A stretch of DNA of 64,000 bases from the NCBI RefSeq assembly GCF_009914755.1, contig NC_060925.1, one strand, 5' to 3'. The notes under the pieces were generated by a model. That model was not told where the DNA came from and ran no database searches. It saw nothing but the letters and a program-made list of their open reading frames with translations. Positions 42,101-57,560 of this stretch are shown here, one piece after another. Made by a program: the position numbers and the translations under genes. Origin of the DNA: the human T2T-CHM13v2.0 reference genome, Homo sapiens. Position 1 is the first letter of the stretch, and every line of letters begins with the position of its first letter.

Positions 42101-44409
42101 TATAATGGAATACAAAAGACCTACACTTTAGCAACCCCCTACACTTTATGTTATAAATGAAACAATTTACATCTTTTTTATGTATATCCATTAACAAATT
42201 TTGTATTTATAGTTATTCTTAATACTTTTGTCTTTTGCTTTTATACTAAAATTAAAAGCAATTTACATACCAACATTATATCATGATATTCTGTATTTGT
42301 CTATATATTTACATTTACCATAAGTTTTACATTTTCTTATGTTTCTGTGTTGCTATTTAGCATCCTTTCATTTCAACTTGAAAAATTCCCTTTCATATTT
42401 CTTATAAGACAGTGATAGTAGTGAGGAACTCTCAGGTTTTGTTTGCCTCAAAATGTCTTTATCTTTTTCTCATTTTGGAAGGATAGTTTTGCTTAATATG
42501 GTATTCTGGTTGATAGATTTTTGTTTGTTTTTTCTTCTAGCAACTTGAATATATCATCTTACTCTCTCCTGGCCTGCAAGGCTTCTGTTGGTAAATCCAC
42601 TACTAGTCTTGAGGGTGTTTCCATTGTACATGGCAAATCACTTTTCTTTTGTTCCCTTCGTAATTCTCCTTGTCTTTGAATTTTGATAATTTGATTCCTA
42701 TGTGTCTCTGTGTACACTTCTTTGGGTTCACTATTTTTTGCATTCTTTGGGCTTCATGAATCTGGTTGTCCATTTACATTTCCAGATTCTGGAAGTTTTC
42801 AGGCATTATTTCTTTTTTTGTTTGTTTGTTTTTGTTTTGTTTTGTTTTTATTTCCCAGATCTCTTACTAAAACGTGTCATTTTTTAAAAAATCAATTTTG
42901 TTCTTCTATCTCTCTTCTCCTTCTGAGTCCCCCATAATGCATATTGCTTCTTTTTATAGTCTCTTATAAGTCCCTTAGGCTTTCTTTACTCTTTTGCATT
43001 TCATTTTCTATTTTTGATTCGCTGACAGATAATTTTACATGATTTGTCTTTGGGTTTGCTATTCTTTTATTTTCTGAAGTCTGCTTTTGAAGCTATTTAA
43101 TTTTTCAATTCAGTTTTTGCATTCTTTAGCTCTTGAATTTCTGTTTGGTTTTCTACTTGTGGTTTTTATCTCCTTGTTAATATTCTCATTTTGTTCATGT
43201 GTTAGTTTCCTGATTTTGTTTAGTTGTCTGTCTGTATTCTTTTATAACTTAATGAGCTTATTTAAAATGATTATTTTTAATTCTTTGTTAGGCTATTCAT
43301 AGATCTCCACTTCTTAAGAGATGCTTACTGAAGATTTATTTTGTTCCTTTAGTCATGGTACATTTCCCTGATTCATCATGATCCTTGTAGCTTTGCCTTG
43401 GTGTCTGCACATTAGAGTTATCAGCCACCTTTCCCAGTGTTCATAGACTAACTTAGATGAGATAAGATTTTCATCAACCAGATTTTATTGCTAGAGATTC
43501 TGGGAGCCTCTTAAACTGTTTCCATAGATGTTCATGTACTCTGCTTCTTTCTTCCTGCTATGGAAAACTCCTCAGTTCTGCACTTTCTCTCAATCTCACA
43601 GTGCTGTACCAGTCATAGCAAGAAGCTCTCTGCTTTTCTTTGTTCTTAACTTCCCAAAGGCATCTGAGCTATGGCAGATCCATAAACACTATATATGAGG
43701 TGAGACAAAAACCAGATTCTTTGACAGCACACTGAAAGAAGAGTGACATGAAGCCTCACTATTTCCCCTCAAGAGAGAAGTCATGGGCCAGATGAGCTCT
43801 CTTGACACTGAACTGTGCTGTCTTGTGGGAGGGACTGGCATGGGTAAAGTGAAACTGTTCTTTTTACCCATGTTGATAGGTTCTCAGCTTTGTGCTCATC
43901 TGGAATACTGCAAACTTTTAACTATATTCTAAACCTCTTATAAAGGGATTTTGTTTAGCATTTTGTTGTTAAATGTGGGAGAATGAGTTCTGGGACTTCT
44001 TATTCCATGATCTTGCTGATGTAACTCCAGAATATTCCTTTATCTTTTTGCTTCAACTCAATAATACTCAATCCTGGTTACATATATGAATTGTCTGGAG
44101 AAATTTAAAATAATAATGCCTGCATTTGATTCATAGATATTATAGTTAAATGTATTGGGGGTGGGGTCCATCAGGCATTGGGATTTGGCTAAAGCATACT
44201 AGAAATTTCCAATGAGCAACTATAGGTAGTAGCTATTCTCTTCACTTAAAACTAGATTTCTATTAAAACCTCTAAATTGAGTATTATTGATCCTTTCATG
44301 CCTTTATATCTCAGGATTGTGTTCTTGACCTTCTTGCTTCCCATTGCCTCTTTGAAACCAATACTTGCTTATCAAAAACATCTTTGCTGCCATGAGACAC
44401 ACCACATTC

Positions 44410-45480
44410 GAATATTTCTTAAACATGACATCAAAAGCATAATCCATGAAAAAATCAAAAATGATAATTTGGACTTCATCAAAACTTAAAATGTCTGCTT
44501 CTCAAAGGCACTGTGAAGTACATAAAAAGACAAGACACAAACGAGGACAGAATATTTGCAAATCAAATATCTGATAAAAGTCTTATATTCAGCGTCTATA
44601 AAGATCTCTCAAAATTAAATAACAAAAAGAAAAATTACCCAGTTTTTTGAATGGGCAAAGGATTATAAGAAGCATCTCACCAAAGAAGACATATATTTGT
44701 CAAGTAAAATTATAAAAATATGCTCAACATAATTATTCATTAGGAAAATGTAAATCATAACCTTCATGAGATACCACTGCATACCTATTAAATGGCTGAA
44801 ATTAAAAAGACTGACCATACCAAGTATTGGTAAGGACGTGGAAGAACTTGTAGAAATGTAAAATGTTACAATATGATCTAGTCATTTTACTCCTACACAT
44901 TTACCCAAAAGAAAAGAAGAAATATATTCATGCAAAGACTGGTATAAGATGTTGACTGCAGCTTTACCCATAATAACTCAAAACTGGAAACAATTATATG
45001 TTCAAAAACAGGTGAATGAGTGAACAAATTATGAATGATCCATACAATTAAATATTAATTAATAATAAGAAGGAATGACATGTGCAACAACATGGATACA
45101 TGCAACAACATGGATAAACTATTGATACACGCAACAACATGGATACATCTCTAACTAAGGTGAGTGAAAATATCAGAAAGAAAAAAGAATAGATACTGAA
45201 TTACTCATTTATATAAAACTATAAGAAATGGAAACTAATCTATAGCGACAGAAAGCAGAGCAATGATTTCCTGGGGAGTGTGGGACAGGAGAGAAAGGAT
45301 AAAGAAATTACATAAGGGCACAAGGCAACATTTGGGAATAATGAATACATTATGTTCACTACCCTGCTTGCAGTGATGGTTTCACAGGTGTATACATATG
45401 ACAAAACTTATAAAATTGCACTTTAAATCCCTTTAGTTTATTGTATTTTTACTATACTTCAATGATGCTGTTAAAAATAA
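44410..45480 (+). mobile_element. L1MC/L1MD-type 3' portion
   Basis: TTGGACTTCATCAAAACTTAAAA...GATACCACTGCATACCTATTA...GTGATGGTTTCACAGGTGTATACATATG. Confidence 0.75.
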
Positions 45481-47356
45481 TTGAGAAGGAGGGCAAGATA
45501 GCTGACTAGACACAACCAAGTGGAACAGCTCCCACTGAGGGACTGAGACAACTGGCATGCTCCTAATAGATCTTCAGAGGGAAGGATCTGAGAGTGGATA
45601 GAGGGAAGACACAGAAGCTGAGCTGAAGGGGGAGAAAGCTGGGAAGCCTGCATGGGCCTACCATACATGAGGACTTATTCCCAGTCCCCAGTGGCTCCAG
45701 GGGAATGGGTGAGTTGAACTGTCAAGGAAAAACCCCCTCTCACCATGGGCTTCTTGTATCCCAGCAGGAGAAGTTCCCTTAACCACGACAGACACTCAGG
45801 TTGGCAGAGAGCTGCTTAGTGAAGTGATGGGGCAGGAAGCCAGCAGATGTAGGGCCCAGAGAGTTTGGTGTGGGAGCATCTGTAGCAGAGGACAGCCAGG
45901 GGTGACCATCCCTCTAAGCTTGACTTGTTCCTATAGAAGGCTTTAGACCTAGGGGAACTATCAGACCTGAACTCTGCAGGGTGGTCTTGCCCATCAGACA
46001 GGGCCAGTGTGACCTGAGCATTCTTTGGTGTGCTGGCCTTTCCCAGGCCCCACCCTGGCCATGCCTGCTTGCAGGGCAGTTCTAGGTGCTTGAGGAGCCC
46101 ACGCCATAGCTTTTGCACTTGCAGACTGTGACTGACCAGCAGAGAGCTCTAGCAAGGCAGCCCCTACGCACCAGCCCACCTGCTCCTTCCCCACACTGCA
46201 GCTTTCTCCCAGCTCATGGCAACTTCCCACATCACTTTGCTGGTGCATATCTGTGCAGGTGGGTTTTGTTTTCCTTGCCCCACCAGTGGGCAGGAATGCA
46301 GTCCATTCCCACATCACCCACAGACTTCCATTGGAGACTGAGCCTTGGAAGGCACAGAGCCAGCCAACCCCACTTCCACCAGTGCTCTGCCCTTGCACTA
46401 ACACTACACAGAGAACAATGGATCCTCCCCTATGCTGAGTGAACATCCCTGCCTGCAGGGCATAGAGAAGGAAACTAGACCTGTGCCTACCAGTGCCCTG
46501 CCCCTGAGTGAGAGGAGGGCACCCAGGCACCTGCTAGCACTCTGCATCAGCTGCCACTACTGCTGTTATTGGCACAGGCTAATGTGGACAGAGCCTGCTG
46601 TCACTGCACTATGAAACACTTTGCCTGACACCACCCATTGGAGTGTAGCAACCAACCCAACACTGGGAACACCTTAGCTCCCCAAGTGCAGTGGATTCCT
46701 AATTTCAAGGAGCAAGAGAACAAAGTTGAGGACCAATACAAGTCTCCCAGAGTAAGAACGCTTAATCCAGGAGTTAGGAGCTGAGGGTTGGCCCCTAAAA
46801 TTTTCCAGAAATGAAGCCTGTCAGCTGAATCCACCTTATATGACAATCAAATCCTGAAGATCATCAGATAGGATAAAAGATTTTTAAAAAAATCCAAAGG
46901 TCAGCAGCCTCAAAGATTGAAGGTAAATAAGCCCACAAGCTGAGAAATAATCAGTGCAAGGACCTTGAAAACTCAGCCAGAATGCCTTATTTCCTTCAAA
47001 CAACTACATCACCTCTCCAACAAGGATTCTGAACTGGGCTGAGATGGTGGAAATGACAGAAATAGCATTCAGAATATGGATAGGAATAAAGATCACTGAG
47101 CTACAGGAGTACATTGAAATCCAATTCAAGGAAGTTAAAAATCATGATAAAACAATTCAGGAGCTGACAGACAAAATAGCCAGTATAGGAAAAAAATGTA
47201 ACTGACTTGATGAGCTGAAAAGCACACTACAGGAATTTCATAATGCAATCACAAGTATTAATAGAATAGACCAAGCAGAAGAAAGAATTTCAGAGTTTGA
47301 AGACTGGCATTCAAAAATAAGACAATTATATAAGAATAGAGAAAAAAATAAAAAAG

Positions 47357-47580
47357 AATGAAGAAAATCTCTAAGAAATATGAGATTACATAAAGAGACC
47401 AAATTTATGACTCACTGGTGTCTTTGGAAGAGACAAGGACAGCATAAGCAACTTGGAAAACATGTTTCAATGAAGCAAACCTCTGAGAAATATGGAATTA
47501 TGTAAAGAGACCAAATCTGTGACTCATTGGTGTCTTTGAAAAAGATGAGGACAGCATAAGCAACTTGGAAAACATATTTC
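47357..47580 (+). repeat. 112-bp tandem duplication inside L1 ORF1
   Basis: 47357-47468 vs 47469-47580, about 15 mismatches. Confidence 0.9.
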
Positions 47581-48568
47581 AGGATATCATCCATGAAAAC
47601 TTCCCCAAACTAGCTAGAGAGGCCAACACTCAAATTCAGGAAATGCAGAGAACTCAAGTACGATACTTCACAAGAAGATTATCCTCAAGACATATAATCA
47701 TCAGAATCTCAGAGGTTCAAATGAAAGAAAAAATGCTAAAGGCAGAAAGATAGAAAGACCAGGTCACCTACCTACAAAGGGAAGCCCATCAGACTAACAG
47801 TGGACCTATCAGCAGAAAACCTACAAGCCAGAAGATACTGGGGGCCAGTATTCAAATTCTTAAAGAAAATACATTCCAACTCAGAATTTCATATCCATCT
47901 AAACTAAGCTTCACTAAGTGAAGAAGAAATAAGATCCTTTTCAGACAAGCAAATTCTCAGGGAATTTGTTACCACCAGATGTGGCATACAAGAGCTCCTG
48001 AAGGAAGCATTAACTACAAAAAGGAAAGACTCTTACCAGCCACTATAAAAGCACACTGAAGTACACATATCAGTGACACTATAAAGCAACCACATAAACA
48101 AGTCTGCAAAATAACCAGCTAAAATCATGATGACACGATCAATTCCACAAATATCAATACTAACCTTGAATGTAAATGGGCTAACTGCTCCAATTAAAAG
48201 ACACAGAATGGCAAGCAACCTGGATAAAGAACAAAAACCCATTGGTATGCTGTCTTCAAGAGACTCATCTCACATGCAATGACATGTATAAGCTCAAAAC
48301 AAAAGGATGGAGAAAAATCTACCAAGCAGATGGAAAACAGAAAAAAACAGGGGTTGCAACCCTAGTTTCAGAAAAAACAGACTTTAAAACAACAAAGATC
48401 AAAGAAGACAAAGAAGGGCATTACATATGGTAAAGGGTTCAATTCAACAAGATTTTACTATCCTAAATATACATGCACCCAACACAGAAGCACCCAGATT
48501 CATAAAGCAAGTTCTTAGATACCTTCAAAAAGACTTAGACTCTCAAACAACAATAGTGGGAGACTTTA

Positions 48569-50339
<1,771 letters not shown>

Positions 50340-53039
50340 AAACAACAATAGTGGGAGACTTTAACATCCCACTGAGAATTGTAGACAGATCATCAAGACA
50401 GAAAATTAACAAAGATATTCAGGACATGAACTCAGCACTGGATCAAATAAATTTGATAGGCATCTACAGAATTCTCCACCCCAAAACAACAGAATATACA
50501 TTCTTCTCGTAGCCACATGACACATACTCTAAAATAGATCACATACTCTAAAACTGATCACATGATCAGAAGTAAAATACTCTTCAGCAAGCATAAAATA
50601 ATTGAAATCATAATAAATAATCTTATGGATCATAGCACAATCGAATTAGAAATCAAGACTAAGAAATTCACTCAAAATCCTCAAGACCATACAATTACAT
50701 GGAAATTGAACAACCTGCCACTGAATGACTTCTGGGTAAATAATAAAATTATGGCAGAAATTAAGAAGTTCTTTGAACCTAATAAGAACAAAGATATATC
50801 AGAATCTCTGGGACACAGCTAAGGTAGTGTTAAGAATGAAATTTATAGCACTAAATGCCCACATCAGTAAGTTAGAAAAATCTCAAGTTAAACCTAACAT
50901 CACAACTAAAAGAAATAGAGAGCCAAGAGCAAACAAATCTCAAAGCTACCAGAAGACAAGAAATGACCAAAATCAGAGCTGAACTGAAGGAGATCGAGAT
51001 ACGAAAAACTATTCAAAAGATCAACAAACCCAGAAGCTGTTTTTTTAAAAAAAAATACTAAAATATATAGACTACCAGCTAGACAATAAAGAAGAAAAGA
51101 GAGATGATCCAAACAAATGCAATCCAAAATGACAAAGGGAATACTGCCACTGACCCCAGAGAAATAAAAACAAACATCAGATAATATTATGAACATCTCT
51201 CTGCACATGACCTAGAAAATCTAGGAGAAATGGATAAAATCCTGGACACACATAACCTCCCAAGTCTGAGCCAGGAAGAAATATAATCCCTAAACAGACC
51301 AATAACCAGCTCTGAAATGGACTCAGAAAGGAATAGCCTACCAACCAAAAAATGCCCAAGACCGGACAAATTCACAGCTGAATTCTACCAGAGGTACAAA
51401 GAAGAGCTAGTACCATTCCTGCTGAAACTATTCCAAACAATTGAAAAGAAGAGACTCCTCCCTAACTCATTCTATGAGACCAGCATCATTCTAATACCAA
51501 AACCTGGCAGGGACATAACAAAAAAGGAAACTTTAAGCCAATATCCTTGATGAACATCGATGCAAAAATCCTCAACAAAATACTAGCAAACCAAATCCAG
51601 CAGCACATCAAAAAGCTTATCAACCACAATCAAGTAGGCTTTATCTCTGAGATGCAAGGTTGGTTTAACATAGGCAAATCAATAAATGTGATTAATCAGA
51701 TAAACAGAACTAAAGACAAAAACCACACGATTATCTCAATAAATCTAGAGAAGGCTTTCTATAAAATTCAAGACCCCTTCATGTTAAAAACTCTCTATGA
51801 CAAACACACAGCCAAAATCATACTGAGTGGGCGAAAGCTGGAAGCATTCCCTTTGAAAAATGGCACAAGATGATGATGCCCTTTCTCACCACTCCTATTC
51901 AATCTAGTATTGTAAGTCCTGCCCAGGGCAATCAGGCAAAAGAAAAAAATAAAGGTCATCCAAATATGCAGAGAGGAAGTCAAACTACCCATGTTTGCAG
52001 ATGACATGATTCTCTATCTAGAAAACCCCATAGTCTTGGCCCAAAAGCTCCTTAAGCTGATAAACAACTTCAGCAAAGTCTCAGGATACAAAATCAATGT
52101 ATCACAATAAAAATCACTAACATTCCTATACACCAACAACAGTCAAGCCGAGAGCCAAATCAGGAATACAATCCCATTCACAATTGCCAGACACACACAC
52201 ACACACACATGCACACATGCACAAAATACCTAAGAATATAGCTAATCAAGGAGGTGAAAAATCTCTGAAGAAGAACCCCAAAACATTGCTCAAAGAAATC
52301 AGAGATGACACAAACAAATGGAAAAACATTCCATGCTCATGGATAGGAAGAAACAACGTCGTGAAAATGGCCATACTGCCCAAAGCAATTTATAGATTCT
52401 ATGCTATTCCTATTAAACTACCACTGACATTCTTCACAGAACTAGAAAAGCTATTTTAAAATTCATATGGACCCAGAAAGAGCCTTAACAGCCAAGGCAA
52501 TCCTAAGCAAAAGAATGGAGCTGGAGACCATTATCCTTAGCAAACTAACTCAGGAATGGAAAACCAAATACCACATGTTCTCACTTATAAGTGGGAGCTA
52601 AGTGATGAGAACACATGGACACAAAGAAGAGAACAACACACACTGGGGCCTGTCAGAGGGTGAAGGGAAAGAGGGAAGAAGAAGGTCAGGAAAAGTAATT
52701 AATGGGTGCCAGGCTTAATACCTGTGTAACCAAATAATATGTAAAACAAACCCCTATGACACAAGTTTACCTATTTAACAAACTTGAACATGTACCCTTG
52801 CACTTAAAATAGAAGTTAAATTTTAAAAAATAAAATAAAATAAAATAAAATAAAAAATATATACATGGCAGCATCTTCTAGGCCCTCAGAGCAGGAAAAA
52901 TTAATTACTTTATATCATAAAGAAAAGAGAAATGGAGTGATATCACAACTCCATTTTAGATATTGTCCAAAGAAGAAAACCTCAAACTCCAAGCTATCCA
53001 ATATTCATTAAAATTCAACTAAGAATATGACTGCCTTTC

Positions 53040-53230
53040 AAATGTATTATTCATTCATTCAGTCAAGAACTACTTACTAAGCACTCAATATATGCAAGGC
53101 ACTGGAGGTATAACAGTGAACAAAACAATTTACCTGCTTTCATTGAACATATCCTAGTGGAGTGAGGTCAATAAGCAAATAAATAAATATGTATTATGTC
53201 ATAAGTGCTAAAGAGAAAAATAAAGCAGAA
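53040..53230 (-). mobile_element. L2 3' end
   Basis: TTCATTCATTCAGTCAAGAACTACTTACTAAGCACT...TGCAAGGCACTGG. Confidence 0.65.
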
Positions 53231-53479
53231 TGTTTTCTCCTGACACCACCCCCGCCCCCCACCGCCAGATTTTCATCTGGATTCAGTATCCTTTTACCCC
53301 AGTTGAATTTTTTAATTTACTGCACTTTTACAGCAATGTGAATAATATGTACTGAACAATCCATAGTCAACAATTTCACAGAAGTCATATATATAAAAAA
53401 AGGAGGCAAGATTACATCTAATTCATTTTATTTTCTAAAAAGTTTATTTAACAAATACTTCTATTGCACTTAGTTTGTT

Positions 53480-53690
53480 CCACACACTGTGCATTATGCA
53501 TCTCATAATGATATTATGAGATACATAAAGTATCCCTATGAGATCTAAAAGTATCCCTATTTTCAGGTGGGCAAAGTGAAATACAGACAGATTGGATACT
53601 TGTCCAGATCTCCCATAGCTAGTGCATAGCAGGTGAACAGCTGGCACTAGAGCTCATTATTGAAACCTCTACTTTTTGGTGCTTTCCTGG
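53480..53690 (-). mobile_element. MIR SINE
   Basis: TATCCCTATTTTCAGGTGGGCAAAGTGAAATACAGA...ACTTGTCCAGATCTCCCATAGCTAGT. Confidence 0.55.
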
Positions 53691-54184
53691 AGAAAGAATA
53701 TTTTGATAGGGATGACAGCATTTTAGATAGATTTCAGTAGTGCTATATAGAATAGGCATATGCCAAGACAGATGACAAAGAGGAATAAATGAGTTTTTGA
53801 AAGTAAAATGTTACATGGAGAAATAATACTTTGAGCAAAGACTACAGAGAAGAATTAACAAAAATATTTAATTTTTAACCAATATTTACTAAAAACCTAG
53901 AAATAGCAATAAAACTGGTGGACCAGTTGAAAATCTAGCTTGCAGACATTTTTTTTTTTTCACCAAGAAAAGTGTTTTTAGTGTGCATGATTTTAAGCAA
54001 TACATGCCTTTCTGGTTGTTGCAAGCTCATCACTCTTGACAGGTTTACAAGGGGCAGGGTTGCTTCACACATTTATGTCATCTGCCTAGCCTTTGAAAGT
54101 ATTAGGATTCTCAGTCCCTCTACCAAGAAGACAATTAAATATTGGGAATGGAGAGAAATAAGATCCAGTCCTTGTGTTTGAATA

Positions 54185-54600
54185 GCTCACTCACATTCAT
54201 TCATTCTTCAATTCACCAAATATGTTTTAAGTGTCTAATATATGCAGGATCCAAGCAGGTATAGGACTATACGATGAACAGAACCAATAGTCTTTGCTTA
54301 CATGTAGCTTTCTAGCAGGAGAAGCAAATAAAGCTTATTAATTTTATGATTAACTATGAAGTTACACTGCTACTAATTGTCATAAAGGATAAATTTAATT
54401 GTTGAGAAGATATAAACATATAATTAAAATTTAGAGAGATAACCAATAATAGTAATAATTATATGGCACTGAGAGAGCATAGAAGAGGGACATCAAACTG
54501 AAACTCTGTAAGTTCAGGGATAAAGGAAGGGTAGGTGGAGTCAGGGAGGAAATTTCAGAGAAGCAATCCATCTTAAACAAAGTATTAACATAAGAAAGAA
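54185..54600 (-). mobile_element. L2 3' end
   Basis: CATTCATTCATTC...AAATATGTTTTAAGTGTCTAATATATGCAGG. Confidence 0.6.
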
Positions 54601-55829
54601 GGAAGAGATCATAGTTTCTATTGTTATTTCTCCATAAAGTCTTTGGAGACATTTATGGAAAATAATGATTTCCTACTTTATTTTATTTTCCTGACATATA
54701 GGTGTGTCCCAATTTTAATATTCCACTCATTTCTATATGAATCTGAAAGTGTGTGCAACTAAATGTGCACTGATGGCACCACCCTTGCACCATCTGTTTC
54801 TGATTAGGTAATCCAGGCTCTGCCTGGATGAATGACTTAGCATGACTCTGCAGCCTGAATTTTTTTAAAGAAGCCTGATAATTTTATGACACAAACAAGT
54901 TATAGAAAATAAAGCTAATTCATATCCTATAGAGCAAAAAATACATATCTTTACCAGTGAAAAGAAAGGCTAAATGACATGCAAACTGCATCTGACAGCT
55001 GGATTTTAGATTCCGTACTTATTTTAAAACTAAGAGCATGCTCTTTGATAAGTAAAACCTGAGTTCGCATTTTCTGATTTTCTGAGGGCTCTTCCTGTAG
55101 AGCATTTTCTTTCAGCAGGCTCCTTTGTTCGTTTTTATGAGTTAAATCCAAGTCGCAAATAAATGGATCTGTCATCATTTCTCAGAATGTGTTGTTTTCA
55201 ACATGACCTGCTGATTTTCCCAAGTGCTATCTGTTATTGCGGAGTCATGGTAGCATGGCCCATCAACCCCTTTTGCTTGCTTTTTGGCCACTGAATCCCT
55301 TGCCTTTCCTTTGACCTCCACCCAAGTATATAGCCTTGCATCACTCTTTTCTCCAGATGTCTCTACTTTTTTTGATTCAAGTCCAAGGTATTTTAACTTG
55401 AATTTCTTGACTTCTCCCAAGAATAAGAACAGCTGCTGGAAAAAAGCCCAGGCTTACACAGTGAAATCTGGGTAGCAGAACTCCCTCACGTGCACAGCAA
55501 CTTCACTGTCATATTCTTGAAAAAAGCCCCTCTAATTTTTTTTTCACTCCCATGGTGCTGTTGAAAAAAATCAAATGAGATCAAATAGGTAAAATTGCTT
55601 ATATACTAAAATAAAGTGGAAAGATAAAAAATAAAGATAGTTATTTTTATAGACGGGAGATAACTTTATTATGGCTTTTTCTTTATTTGAAATAGTTTTA
55701 TTAATCTGGTAAACAATAAATTGAACAAATGACTTGTTAGATTATGATGTAGACCTACCAATTGATTAATGACAGCTACTTCATCTACGTCAAGGCTTGC
55801 CTTATGTATCATCTCCTCCAGGAACCAAC

Positions 55830-56020
55830 TGTGAATCTTAATCCTCAATTGGCTGCTGCACATTAGAATCAGCAGGGGAGCTTTTTAAGATCTTGATGTC
55901 CAGGCCACACATCTCAGAACAATACATTAGAAATTCTGGAAGTGGGAGCCAGGCATTAGTATTTTTAAGGCATCTCAAGGGATTCTAGTGTGTGGCCAAG
56001 GATGAGAATCGTTGATCTAT
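55830..56020. mobile_element. MER5A-like hAT-Charlie fossil
   Basis: GCTGCACATTAGAATCAGCAGGGGAGCTTTTTAA...GGATTCTAGTGTGTGGCCAAGGATGAGAATCGTTG. Confidence 0.7.
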
Positions 56021-57094
56021 GTTCCTAAACACCATGTGTGCACCCCAAAACTGTCCACATGTCCATCTCTCCTCCTGGACTGGATTCCTCAGACACAAGA
56101 ATCACGGCCTTTTGATTTACTTTATTTCACTTTATGTCAAGTTTAAACCCTAGCACAATGACTACTACACAATAAGTGTTCAATAAATGTTGAATTAAGT
56201 GGAAGAGAATTGTACACTGCTCCACATTCCCCTGGATCATTTTTCTTATTATACTGATCAGAAAAAAAGGCTAAAAAGTAGTTGAGAAATGATGATTGGG
56301 TAAAAGTTGAACTTTTGTTTGTTTTGAATATTTAAACTGTTGGCTGTGAATTTTAGAAGATAGTTGGAAAAAAAACTACTTAAATTTCATCTCTAAGAAC
56401 AACTTTTTCTTATGCAGTGTTTAACTTTTAGAGTGAAAGTCACTGAACTGAAAACTGGGTGGTCAATTTATTAACAAATTTCAACAATTTTGAAATAAAT
56501 TTATTAGAATTCTTTAAAGATAATTTTCTTTTGGTATTCTAAAACACTGCTCCTTGTACTTTATTATGCTTAAGAATAATTTTGCAAGTTTATTACAAAC
56601 TGCAAAGTACTAGGGATTACTACTAGAATTTCAGAATCAGGAGGTCTGGAGTGAAACAAAGACATTTGTGTAGGTAGGTATTTTTTTTTCTATGCCTAAA
56701 GCATGTGTTATTTTCTACACACTATTCCAAGTTCCAACTAATGTGCTGGGAAAATATAATTAAATATTATCATTTAAAAAATAAAATGGCACTATGAAAA
56801 TACTACATTAATATCAGACTACTTTTTATGGTAAAATATTTTCAAGATCAATATTCTAAATCACATTAGGGGCTTTATTTTATATTAAATAAATATAAGA
56901 CATGGTCGTTCAGATGCTCAAATCATGTTGTGGACCACACAAGATTAAATTAACACAGTCAAAATTAGTTAGATCTCTCCCACTTTTAAAATCATTTTCC
57001 TTCATGCCAAGGCTCTTGCTATTATATAATCTGATTCGTTCCCAGCTCAAACTGGCTGCTAGTATCATCCATCCTGCAGAGCAATTATCAAATA

Positions 57095-57560
57095 TGCTAG
57101 GATTCTTAGTTGTGATAACAGAATTCACTCTACCTTCTTTAGGAAGAAAGGATTTTGTTACAAGATTTGGGTGGCTCACAGAGTCATCGTGAGGCTGAGG
57201 AAACAGACATTAGGCTAAGTTCCGGGAATGACTCCCAGAATCACACTCCCAACTGGCCCACCAAGGAAGCTGATGCCTCTGCCAAAATAAGGAAGTTTGA
57301 GATTCAGAAAGCTGTGATTACAGCTCTGCCACAGTCCACTCCGAGAAAGGAAGGCATCGTATCTTTCAGTTTTGTCTGCCTGATTCAGTTTCTAAGCAAA
57401 GTCTTCCCCAGGTGTATTTTATTTATAGAAACCAAATTAAATGTTTGTTTCAGGAGAAAGGGATTCTTCCTTGGAAAGTGTGATTTACACTGTAGGGAAC
57501 TATACAAATGTAGAAGATGGTGGTCCAAAGATATTGGATAGCTGATGCCCACTGTACCTA
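57095..57560 (-). mobile_element. Ancient MLT1-type LTR
   Basis: GGATTCTTAGTTGTGATAACAGAATTCACTCT...GGGTGGCTCACAGAGTC. Confidence 0.45.

Noticed and set aside
45077-45148. Three copies of GCAACAACATGGATA resembling a repeat-spacer array
   Set aside because: Slippage duplications inside an L1M 3'UTR; eukaryotic DNA, no CRISPR features
45816-46846. GC-rich ORF cluster as a CpG-island gene
   Set aside because: It is the L1PA13-class 5'UTR, and CpG-depleted
54951-55420. Two adjacent minus-strand ORFs (81 and 75 aa) as an exon or pseudogene
   Set aside because: No recognisable protein family, poly(A)/TSD or convincing splice structure; cannot be supported without a search
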